Origin: an uncultured Chloroflexia bacterium
GTDB lineage: Bacteria > Chloroflexota > Limnocylindria > Limnocylindrales > CSP1-4
DNA: 64,000 nt
Reading direction: 5' to 3'
NCBI GenBank assembly: GCA_963813535.1
Contig: CAWEZH010000002.1
Location: forward strand, 1,568,001-1,632,000
Positions 41,147 to 50,522 of this stretch are shown here, one piece after another. The first letter of the stretch is position 1. Every line of letters begins with the position of its first letter. A program made the position numbers and the translations under genes. A model generated the notes under the pieces. The model ran no database searches. It was not told the origin of the DNA and worked only from the letters and a program-made list of their open reading frames with translations.

Positions 41147-41602
41147 ATGAACGCCGCCCAGAAGTCCGCCAAGAGCACCACCACCAAGACGACCAAGCGA
41201 TTCTCGGCCGAGGAACGAGACGCGATGAAGGAGCGCGCCAAAGAGCTGAAGGCGGCCACGAGCAAGGCGGACGATGAAGCCGCCGTGCTCGCGAAGATCG
41301 CCGAGATGCCGGAATCGGATCGGACCATGGCCGAGCGGATCCATGCCATCGTCAAAGCCAGCGCACCCACGCTCTCGCCCAAGACCTGGTACGGGATGCC
41401 CGCGTACGCCAACGAGGAGGGCAAGACTGTCTTCTTCTTCACACCGGCGGCCAAGTTCAAGGAGCGGTATGCGACGTTCGGCTTCAACGCCGACGCGCAC
41501 CTCGACGACGGCAACATGTGGCCGACCTCCTGGGCGTTGACGAAGCTGACCGCCGCCGACGAGGCGAGGATCGGCGCACTCGTGAAGAAGGCAGTGAGCT
41601 GA
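41147..41602 (+). CDS. DUF1801/YdhG-like protein
   Basis: PKTWYGMPAY, KFKERYATFGF, GNMWPTS; RBS GGAGG. Confidence 0.85.
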   Translation: MNAAQKSAKSTTTKTTKRFSAEERDAMKERAKELKAATSKADDEAAVLAKIAEMPESDRTMAERIHAIVKASAPTLSPKTWYGMPAYANEEGKTVFFFTPAAKFKERYATFGFNADAHLDDGNMWPTSWALTKLTAADEARIGALVKKAVS

Positions 41603-41671
41603 GCGCCGAGACCCGCCCCTGGGCCCGCCCGTAGGTCAGCAGGCGTCCGCACGCCCGCGTACCGTGTCGCC

Positions 41672-42903
41672 GTGGGACACGACGACTCGGCCTCGGGGAT
41701 GGCCATGACGCCTGCCGAGGTCGCCGAGCGGGCGGGCGTCAGCCCGGCCGAGATCGATGAGCTGATCCGCCTGGGGATCCTGGCCTCAGGCCCCGACGGC
41801 ACGCTGATCGAAGCCGATGCCAAGCGCGCGACGCTTCTGCGGACGATGCGGGAGGCTGGGCTGCCGATGGACGGTCTTGCCGCCGCCTTCCGGGCCGGGA
41901 CCCTCACCCTCGGGTTCATCGACGAGGCTGCCTACGGGCGGTTCGCGACGTACACCGGCGAGACGTTCGCCGCGGCGAGCGCTCGAACGGGCGTGCCGAT
42001 CGAGCTCGTCATGGCCGTCCGCGAAACGATCGGGGCCGCGCCTCCGAAACCAGAGGATCGGCTCCGAGATGACGAGCTGCCGATCGTGGAGTGGATCGCC
42101 CTGCAGCATGCGAACGGCTTCCGACCACCCGCGATCTCGAGCCTCCTCCGGGCGATGGGCGACAGCCTCCGGCGGATCGCGGAGTCGGAGGCGGAGTGGT
42201 GGCGGTCCGAGGTGATCGGGCCGCGCGTCCAGGCCGGCGGCTCGCTCGAAGAGGCCGGCTCGCCCGAGTTCTCGGACGCGATGGCCATGGCCGGCGAGCA
42301 GGCGATGCTGAGCATGTATCACGCGATCCAGATGCGGACGTGGACGGCGAACATCGTGGCCGGTGCCGAGCTGACGCTGCAGCGGGCCGGTCTCGTCGAG
42401 GAGAAGGTCCGCGAGCCGGCGATCGTCTTCCTCGACATCACGGGCTACACCCAGCTGACGCAGGAGCGCGGCGACGCGGCTGCGGCCGAGCTGGCGGCAC
42501 GGCTCGGCCAGCTCGTCCAGCGGACCTCGGTCGCCTACGGCGGCCGGCCGGTGAAGTTCCTGGGCGACGGCGTCATGTTCGTGTTCCCCGAACCCGGCCC
42601 CGCGGTCCTCGCGGCGCTGGAGATGGTCGAAGGCGTCCCGGCGGCCGGCCTACCGCCCGCCCACGTCGGGATCGCCGCCGGCCCCGTGATCTTCCAGGAG
42701 GGCGACTACTACGGCCAGACCGTGAACCTGGCTGCGCGGATCTCCGATTTCGCCCGACCGGGCGAGGTCCTCGTCAGCAGCGCCGTCGTCGTTGCTGCGC
42801 AACTCCCCGCCGAGCAGTTCGTGGAGGTGGGGCCGGTCGAGTTGAAGGGGGTTTCCGGTCCCGTCCAGCTCCTTTCGGCGCGGCGGTCGCCGGATCGTCC
42901 TGA
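41672..42903 (+). CDS. Cytoplasmic class III adenylate cyclase with N-terminal HTH-like regulatory region (true stop probably about 42903; ORF as assembled runs to 43285)
   Basis: FLDITGYT, VKFLGDGVM, GDYYGQTVNLAARI, ELKGV. Confidence 0.85.
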
Positions 42904-42932
42904 ACGGGACCAACTGGTGGCAATGTGCAATC

Positions 42933-44460
42933 TCATCGGCCGGTCGCGATCTCCCGCTTGCGGCGCTCGACGAAGGCATCGAGCGCTTCGGCGATCGCGG
43001 GATCCAGCGGCGGCGGCACGGCCTCGGCAAGGATCCGCTTCCACAACCCGTTCGCCCGTTCCGTCGCCGTGTGCGACCCGTCCGCCTGCCACGTCTCGAA
43101 GTTGCGCCAGTCCGACACGAGCGGCGTGTAGAACGCCGTCTCGTAGCGCTCGAGGGTGTGGGCCGTGCCGAAGAAGTGGCCGCCCGGGCCGGCCTCGGCG
43201 ATCGCGTCGAACCCGAGCGTGCCCTCCGACACCTCGATCGGTTGCAGCACCTCGGCCATCATCTGCAGGATCTCGGCGTCGATGATCAGCTTCTCGTACG
43301 ACGCGGTCAGTCCGCCCTCGAGCCAGCCGGCGCCCTGGTAGAGCAGGTTCACGCCGCCCATCACGGCGCCCCAGACCGCCATCTCGGCCTCGTACGCCGC
43401 CTGGGCGTCGACCACCGGTGACGCCGTCGCGTTCGACGACCGCCACGGCAATCCGTACCGCCGCGCCATCTGCCCCGATGCGAACTGTGCCTTCACCGAC
43501 TCCGGCGTCCCGAAGGCCGGAGAGCCCGTCCGCATGTCGACGTTCGAGGTGAATGCGCCGTAGATCATCGGCGCGCCCGGTCGAACGATCTGCGCCAACG
43601 CCACGAGGAAGAGCGCCTCGGCGTTCTGCTGCGCGATCGCGCCGGCGAGGGACACCGGACTCATCGCGCCGGCCAAGCGTGAACGGCGTGGCGACGACCG
43701 GCTGCCCGTGGAGCGCCATCTCGATCAACCCGTCGCTCATCGGCCCGTCGAGCCGCAGCGGCGAGTTGGTGTTGATGATCGTGATCAGGGAGGGCTCGGC
43801 GAGCAGCTCATCCCGCGACACGCCGCGCACGAGGGAGATCACCTCGAGCGCATCGTCGACGACCACCCGCCCCGTCCCAAGGCAATGCCATGTCTTGTCG
43901 AGCTCGGTCGCGAACACCCGGTACTGGTCGAGGTGGCGTGTCTCGACCGGCAGGTCGGTCGGCTCGAGCGGCCCGCCACCCTCCTGGTGGATGACGTCGA
44001 GCGCGCCGATCAATCGCACGTAGTCGGTGAAATCGGCGATGTTGCCCGGTCGCCGGCCGCGGTCGAGGTCACTCACGAACGCGGGCCCGCCGACCGCGCA
44101 GAACACGAGGTTCGCCCCGCCGAACACGACGTCCCGCTCGCGGTTTCGGGCGAGCAGCCGGAACTCCCGCGGCGCCTGCGCCACCAGCGACTCGAGGTGC
44201 GCGGGGTCGAACCGCACGTTCCGTGACGACCGATCGATGGTGGCCCCCGCGCCGGCCAACGCGTCGAGCGCCCGGTCGCCGAGCACCTCCATCCCGATCT
44301 CGGACAGGACGCGGAGCGACGCCAGGTGGATCGATTCGACCTCATCGGCCGACAGGATCTCGATCGGGCGGTACGGGTTCACGAGCCGGCGCCACGGGAG
44401 CTGTCGCACGCCGGCCACGCCGCGCCGGGGCCGGCGACGGACCGCCTCGTGCTCGCTCAC
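42933..44460 (-). CDS. Second MttB-family methyltransferase (MtgB-like, no pyrrolysine); frameshift at about 43676
   Basis: NTNSPLRLD, PFTL|AGAMSPV, FTSNVDMRTGSPAFGTPE, GWLEGGL...EK, GPGGHF. Confidence 0.9.
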
Positions 44461-44530
44461 CTCGCGATGCTACGCGGCGGCCCCAACGTTCTCAGAGGAG
44501 TCTCAGCCAGCGCCCCTTACCCTGACGCCC

Positions 44531-45208
44531 ATGCACCTCCTCGTCGTCGAGGACGATCCGCGCCTGTCCCGCCTCCTCAAGCGGCTGCTCGAGGACGACC
44601 GTCACGTGGTCGAGCTCGCGACCGATGGCCGGACCGGGCTCGAGATCGCCGAGGACGCCCCAGGCATCGAGTGCGTGATCCTCGACATCGGGTTGCCCGA
44701 CATCAGCGGCCTCGACGTCGCGCGAGCGCTGCGATCGAATGGGTCCGAGGTGCCGATCCTGATGCTGACGGCGCGCGACACGGTGGGCGACCGGGTCACG
44801 GGGCTCGACGCCGGCGCCGACGACTACCTCGTCAAGCCGTTCGCGTTCGAGGAGCTGTCGGCGCGACTCCGAGCGCTCGCCCGACGCGGTGCTCCCCCTG
44901 GCCGACGCACCAAACCGACATTGGTGGCCGGTCCGATCGCCCTCGACGAGGCGGCTCGACGGGTCACCGTCGACGGCAGGGATGTCGACCTCAGCCCGCG
45001 CGAGTTCTCGCTGCTCGAGTGCCTGCTCCGTCATGCCGGACAGACCCTGTCGCGCGACCAGCTGCTCGACCAGGCCTGGCCGTTCGGGGTGGCGGTGACG
45101 CCCAACGCGGTCGATGCGTACATCCACTACCTGCGCGACAAGCTCGGCGGTGCCGGCAGCCACATCCAGACGGTCCGGGGGGTCGGCTACCGCCTCGCCG
45201 ATGCCTGA
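44531..45208 (+). CDS. OmpR-family response regulator
   Basis: LVVEDD, ILDIGLP, LTAR, GADDYLVKPF, TVRGVGY. Confidence 0.95.
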   Translation: MHLLVVEDDPRLSRLLKRLLEDDRHVVELATDGRTGLEIAEDAPGIECVILDIGLPDISGLDVARALRSNGSEVPILMLTARDTVGDRVTGLDAGADDYLVKPFAFEELSARLRALARRGAPPGRRTKPTLVAGPIALDEAARRVTVDGRDVDLSPREFSLLECLLRHAGQTLSRDQLLDQAWPFGVAVTPNAVDAYIHYLRDKLGGAGSHIQTVRGVGYRLADA

Positions 45209-46586
45209 CGGCGCCGCACCCGACGCGATGACCCCGGACGAGGAAGGCCTTCTCCGGCGGGTCCGGCTGCAACTCGCGCTGTGGAGCGGTGGCATCACCC
45301 TGGCGCTCCTCGTCCTGCTCGGGATCGCGCTCTACATCGCGATCGACCGGTCATTGTCGAACTCCGGGACGGCCCAGCTCGTCAGCCAGGCGAACGCGCT
45401 CACCGGCGGCCGACGCGGTCCGGACGAGCTGCCCGAGGGCGGCTTCGTGTTCGGTGGTCCGGGCTCCGGCACGCTGACGATGGTCGTCAACGACCGGGGC
45501 GTGCCGGTCGGGCCGCGGCAGGGCCGCCTGCCGTCCGGACTTCCGGTGATGGCCTCGATCGCTGCCGCGCGCGAGACCGGTCAGCGGGACATCCGCGAGG
45601 ACACCGTGCCCATCGCAGCCAGTGGGTCGACCGTCGATGGCGTCAGCGCGACCGCGACTCAGACCCCGGTCCGCGTGCTGACCGATCCGGTCCAGTTCCG
45701 GGGCCGCCAGCTGTACCTCCAGATCGTCGGCGACCGGACGACGGAGGAACGCACGCTGCAGACCCTCGTCCTGGTCCTGGTCATCGGCGGCGCCATCGCC
45801 CTGCTGGTCGCGTCCGGGGTCGGGGCGGCCTATGCCACCCGCGCGCTCGTCCCGATCCGCCAGTCACTCGTGAACCAGCGCCAGGCGCTGCGCCGACAGC
45901 GCGAGTTCGCAGCCGACGCGTCGCACGAGCTACGGACGCCGCTGACGGTGATCCGAGCGAGCGTCGACGATCTCGAACGGCATCCGAAACAGCCCGTGGC
46001 GAACGTCGGCGCGGCGTTGATCGATATCCGGGACGAGGTGGACCACCTGACCGCGATGGTCGACGACCTGTTGCTGCTCGCCCGCTCGGATTCGGGAGCC
46101 ATCGCCCTCGAGCGGGTGCCGACCGACCTTGGCGATGTCGCATCGTCCGGTGCCTCGGCGATGAGCCGCCTGGCGGCGGACCGGGCTGTCCAGCTCGTCG
46201 TCGATCCGATCCCGGCCGAAGTGGCCGGCGACCCCGCTCGCCTCCGGCAGCTCGTCGGGATCCTGGTCGACAACGCCATCCGCCATGCACCGGATGGGAG
46301 CCGGGTCGACGTCCGGGTCCGCACCGACGGCCCGCATGCTGTCCTGGTCGTGGAGGACGAGGGGCCGGGCATCCGGCCCGAAGACCTGCCACGCGTCTTC
46401 GACCGCTTCTACCGGGCAGCCGGCGCGCCCGGCGGCGGGACGGGCCTCGGTCTGGCGATCGCGGCCTGGATCGTCGAGCGGCACGGAGGCCGGATCGCGG
46501 CCACGAACCGGGAGTCGACCGGCGCGCGCTTCACGGTCCGGCTGCCGCTCCTCCAGCGTCCGTCGCCGGGAGCGACACCGGCCTAG
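45201..46586 (+). CDS. Sensor histidine kinase
   Basis: Two TM helices; DASHELRTPL, LVDNAIRH, DEGPGI, FDRFYR, GTGLGL. Confidence 0.95.
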   Translation: MPDGAAPDAMTPDEEGLLRRVRLQLALWSGGITLALLVLLGIALYIAIDRSLSNSGTAQLVSQANALTGGRRGPDELPEGGFVFGGPGSGTLTMVVNDRGVPVGPRQGRLPSGLPVMASIAAARETGQRDIREDTVPIAASGSTVDGVSATATQTPVRVLTDPVQFRGRQLYLQIVGDRTTEERTLQTLVLVLVIGGAIALLVASGVGAAYATRALVPIRQSLVNQRQALRRQREFAADASHELRTPLTVIRASVDDLERHPKQPVANVGAALIDIRDEVDHLTAMVDDLLLLARSDSGAIALERVPTDLGDVASSGASAMSRLAADRAVQLVVDPIPAEVAGDPARLRQLVGILVDNAIRHAPDGSRVDVRVRTDGPHAVLVVEDEGPGIRPEDLPRVFDRFYRAAGAPGGGTGLGLAIAAWIVERHGGRIAATNRESTGARFTVRLPLLQRPSPGATPA

Positions 46587-46648
46587 ACACGGTCCTCGAC
46601 GCGGCACTTGCAGCGATCGCGGGTGGGGAGGCGCCGTAGACTCGGGGG

Positions 46649-48642
46649 GTGAGGTCACCTGGCCCCGATGACTGGCCGATCTTCGGCCGCGACGCGCCCG
46701 ACGTCGCGTGGCGACCCCATCCCGAGGCCGCAGCCGAGGCCCGCCTGGCCAGGTTCCTGCGAGCGACGGGCGAGCCCTCACTCGACGTCCTCCAGGCTCG
46801 CGCGACCGCCGACCCGGCGTGGTTCTGGGGCGCCGCCACCGACGACATCGCGATCCCGTGGACGCGTCGGCCGCGTGAGATCGCGGACTTCAGCGGCGGG
46901 CCTGCATGGACGCGCTGGTGGTCCGGCGGCTCCTTCGACTGGTCGTGGGCAGCGATCGAGCCACGTGCAGCCCGAGATCCGGATGGGATCGCGGTGACAT
47001 GGGAGGGTGAGGACGGCAGTGTCGTCGAGCTCCCCAACGGCGCCCTGGCGACACGTGTCCGGCTCGCGCGCAGAGCAGCTGCGCGGCGCTCGGGATCGAG
47101 GCCGGCGACCGCGTCGGGATCCTCCTGCCGATGCTGCCCGAGACCGTCGTCGCGGTCCTCGCGGTCAGCCGCATCGGTGCGATCTTCACCCCGATCTTCT
47201 CGGGCTACGGCGCGCCCGCCATCGCATCGCGGCTCGCCGACTGTGACGCGAAGCTGTTGATCACCGCGGATGGCTTCCTTCGACGAGGCTCGTGGGTCGA
47301 CCTGAAGTCGGTCGCCGATGCGGCAGTCGCGTCGGCGCCATCCGTCGAACGGGTGCTCGTCGTGTCACGCGCCGGCGAGGCTCTCGAGGTGTCCTGGACT
47401 GACGGGCGCGACGTCCGCTGGGACGATGCGGCGGGCGATGTCCAGGAGCCCGACATGGCACCCGATCGCGACCCCGAGATGCCGTACATGATCATCTATA
47501 CCTCGGGCACCACCGGCCGACCGAAGGGCGCCATCCACGTCCATGGCGGGTTCCCGATCAAGGCTGCGCAGGACCTCGCGCACACGTTCGACCTGACCGG
47601 GCGCGACACGCTGTTCTGGTTCACTGACCTCGGCTGGATGATGGGACCGTGGGCCATCGCCGGCCCGCTGCTCCTCGGCGCGAGACTCGTCATCTACGAG
47701 GGCGCACCCGACTTCCCGGCGCCGGACCGGATGTGGTCGCTGGTCGAGCGCCACAAGGTGACCCACCTCGGGCTGTCACCTACGGTGATCCGCGCCCTGA
47801 TGGCCCATGGCGAGGAGCCCGTCCGGTCGCACGATCGCTCGTCGCTCCGCGTCCTCGGCTCGACCGGGGAGCCATGGAACCCCGAACCGTGGTGGTGGTA
47901 CTTCCGCGAGGTCGGCGAGGGTCGCTGCCCGGTCATCAACTACAGCGGCGGGACGGAGGTCAGTGGCGGCATCGTCGGCGGCAATGTGATCGGGCCTATC
48001 AAGCCGGCGAGCTTCTCAGGGCCGTGCATCGGGACGGCCGGCGATGTCGTCGACGACGCGGGCGCGCCGGCGCGCGGCAAGGTCGGCGAATTGGTCATCC
48101 GCGCACCGATGCCCGGCATGACGCGCGGGTTCTGGGGCGATCGCCAACGCTACGAGGAAACGTATTGGGCTCGATGGCCCGGCCTGTGGGCACATGGTGA
48201 CTGGGCCGAGATCGATGCCGACGGCTTCTGGTTCATCCACGGTCGCTCGGACGACACGCTCAAGGTGGCGGGCAAGCGTGTCGGACCGGCCGAGGTCGAG
48301 AGCGCCGCCGTGGCGCATCCGTCGGTGCTCGAGGCGGCCGCGATCGGCGTGCCGCACGAGATCAAGGGAGAGGCCATCGTCGTGCTCTGCGTCCTCCGAC
48401 CGGACGTGGCAGACGACGACGGCCTGCGGGCCGATGTCGCGCAGCGCATCGCCGGGGACCTCGGCAAGCCGCTCAAGCCTGAGGTCGTGGCGGTCGTCGG
48501 ATCGCTCCCCAAGACGCGCTCCGGCAAGGTGATGCGTCGGGTCATCCGGGCCGCCTGGCTGGGGCTCGACCCGGGCGATCTGTCGGCGCTCGACGACCCG
48601 AGCTCGCTCGACGCCATCCGCGCCGTATCCTTGGACCGATGA
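46649..48642 (+). CDS. Acetyl-/acyl-CoA synthetase; frameshift at about 47070
   Basis: IYTSGTTGRPKG, SGGTE, HGD, GRSDD, LPKTRSGK; joins ORFs 46649..47260 and 47131..48642. Confidence 0.9.
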
Positions 48643-49112
48643 CCGGTATCGCCGCCCCGGAGCGTGACATCGTCAGCTGGGAGGACCTCGACCGGCTCGT
48701 GGCACTCCTCGCCGAGCGCCTCGAGGGTCACCAGTTCGACGTCATGCTGGCGATCACACGCGGCGGCATGGTGCCGGCCGGCATGTTGGCGTACCGACTC
48801 CGTCTGCGCGACATCCTCGTCGCCGCCGTCGAGTACTACGACGAAAGCGGGCAACCCGCTCCGAACCCGACGTTCTTCCAGTTCCCGGCCGATCCGCTGC
48901 TGCGCGGCAAGCGGGTGCTGATCGTCGACGAGGTCTGGGACAGCGGGACGACGATCCACGCTGTCACGGAGCGCGTCCGCCAGGCCGGCGGGGATCCGTT
49001 CACGGCGGTCCTCCACTACAAACCCGAGCACTCGGTCGTGCCCGACCGGCCAGACGTCCACGCCGTCGAGACCGACCGCTGGGTCGTGTACCCGTTCAAG
49101 GCCGGTCTCTAG
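48639..49112 (+). CDS. Purine phosphoribosyltransferase (Gpt-like)
   Basis: AITRGG, VLIVDEVWDSGTT, WVVYP. Confidence 0.85.
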   Translation: MTGIAAPERDIVSWEDLDRLVALLAERLEGHQFDVMLAITRGGMVPAGMLAYRLRLRDILVAAVEYYDESGQPAPNPTFFQFPADPLLRGKRVLIVDEVWDSGTTIHAVTERVRQAGGDPFTAVLHYKPEHSVVPDRPDVHAVETDRWVVYPFKAGL

Positions 49113-49140
49113 AGCCTCGCCCTCAGCGGAGGACCACAAG

Positions 49141-50226
49141 ATGCCCGATGTCCAGCTCCTCGTCGGCACCCCGAAGGGGGCGTTCATCCTCGACGGCGAC
49201 GGCGACCGCCGCGACTGGTCGCTGCGTGGCCCGCTGTGCGAGGGCTGGCCGATCCACGACCTGATCGTCGAGCCCTCGAGCGGGGCGATCCTCGCCGCCG
49301 GTGGGAGCCCGTGGTACGGCCCGGCGGTATGGCGCAGTGACGACGACGGCGTGACGTGGACGCATTCATCCGAGGGTCTGTCGTACGGCGGCGGGGAGGA
49401 CGCATCCCCGATCACCACGATCTGGAGTCTCGCCACGGGACCGGACGGCACCCTGTATGCCGGCGTGGAGCCGGCTGGTCTGTTCCGGAGTGGCGACGGC
49501 GGGACGACCTGGTCGCACGTCGAGGGGCTTACGAACCACCCCTCGCGACCGACCTGGGAGCCGGGTGCCGGGGGGCTGATCCTCCACACGATCGTCCCCC
49601 ACCCGACCGACCCGCAGCGGATGTGGGTAGGCATCTCCGCGGTCGGTGTCTTCGAGACGCGGGACGGCGGCGAGACCTGGGAGCCGCGCAACAACGGCGT
49701 CCGAGCCGATTTCGTCCCGGGGCCAGCGCCCGAGACGGGCCAGTGCGTGCACAAGCTCGCGATGGCCCCCGGCGAACCCGAGACGCTGTACCAGCAGAAC
49801 CATTGCGGCCAGTACCGCTCGACAGATGGCGGCCTCACCTGGACGGACCTGTCCCGAAACGGCGTCCCGAGCCAGTTCGGCTTCCCGCTCGTGGTCCATC
49901 CTCGCGACCCGAGCACCTTCTGGGTCATCCCGCTGACCCAACCGGAGGAGGGCCGGTTCATGCCGGAAGCGAGCGCTGCGGTCTGGCGGACGACCGATCG
50001 CGGCGACAGCTTCACCCGCAGTCAGCAGGGGCTGCCGCAGCACGATGCGTATCTGAGCGTCCTGCGGGAGGCGATGGCGAGCGACACGCTCGACCCGGTG
50101 GGCATCACGTTCGGGACCAAGACCGGTCAGCTGTGGCACAGCTCCGACGAGGGCGACTCGTGGCGGCTGGTCACGGGCAACCTGCCGGAGATCTGGGCGG
50201 TCGAGGCGGTCGTCCGCGGATCATAG
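49141..50226 (+). CDS. BNR/Asp-box beta-propeller protein
   Basis: Repeated SxDxGxTW boxes; CVHK and QNHCG; no signal peptide. Confidence 0.85.
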   Translation: MPDVQLLVGTPKGAFILDGDGDRRDWSLRGPLCEGWPIHDLIVEPSSGAILAAGGSPWYGPAVWRSDDDGVTWTHSSEGLSYGGGEDASPITTIWSLATGPDGTLYAGVEPAGLFRSGDGGTTWSHVEGLTNHPSRPTWEPGAGGLILHTIVPHPTDPQRMWVGISAVGVFETRDGGETWEPRNNGVRADFVPGPAPETGQCVHKLAMAPGEPETLYQQNHCGQYRSTDGGLTWTDLSRNGVPSQFGFPLVVHPRDPSTFWVIPLTQPEEGRFMPEASAAVWRTTDRGDSFTRSQQGLPQHDAYLSVLREAMASDTLDPVGITFGTKTGQLWHSSDEGDSWRLVTGNLPEIWAVEAVVRGS

Positions 50227-50245
50227 GGTCGTCGAGTCGTCCGCC

Positions 50246-50509
50246 GTGGCAACGGTCCTGCTCCCGAGATCCCTTCTGACGCTGTTCCCGGGTGTCGAGC
50301 GCAAGCACACCCTTCGGGGCGGCACGGTCGACGCGCTCATCTCGGCGCTCGATGCAGCGGCACCCGGCATGCGCGACCGTCTCGTCCAGGAGGGCCCGCG
50401 GCTTCGACCCCACATCAATGTCTTCGTCGACGGCCGGCCGGCCGATCTGGCGACACCCGTCGGTGACGCCGCGACGGTCCACGTGATCCCCGCCGTGTCT
50501 GGCGGCTAG
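50246..50509 (+). CDS. MoaD/ThiS ubiquitin-like sulfur carrier
   Basis: INVFVDG; C-terminal IPAVSGG. Confidence 0.9.
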   Translation: MATVLLPRSLLTLFPGVERKHTLRGGTVDALISALDAAAPGMRDRLVQEGPRLRPHINVFVDGRPADLATPVGDAATVHVIPAVSGG

Positions 50510-50522
50510 CGCACCGGGGCGT

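Noticed and set aside
42904-43285. C-terminal extension of the adenylate cyclase overlapping mttB antisense
   Set aside because: Low-complexity shadow translation beyond the end of the catalytic domain; a missed stop near 42903 is more likely
33940-44460. Pyrrolysine recoding in the MttB genes
   Set aside because: No in-frame TAG in either gene and no pyl genes or tRNA-Pyl in the window
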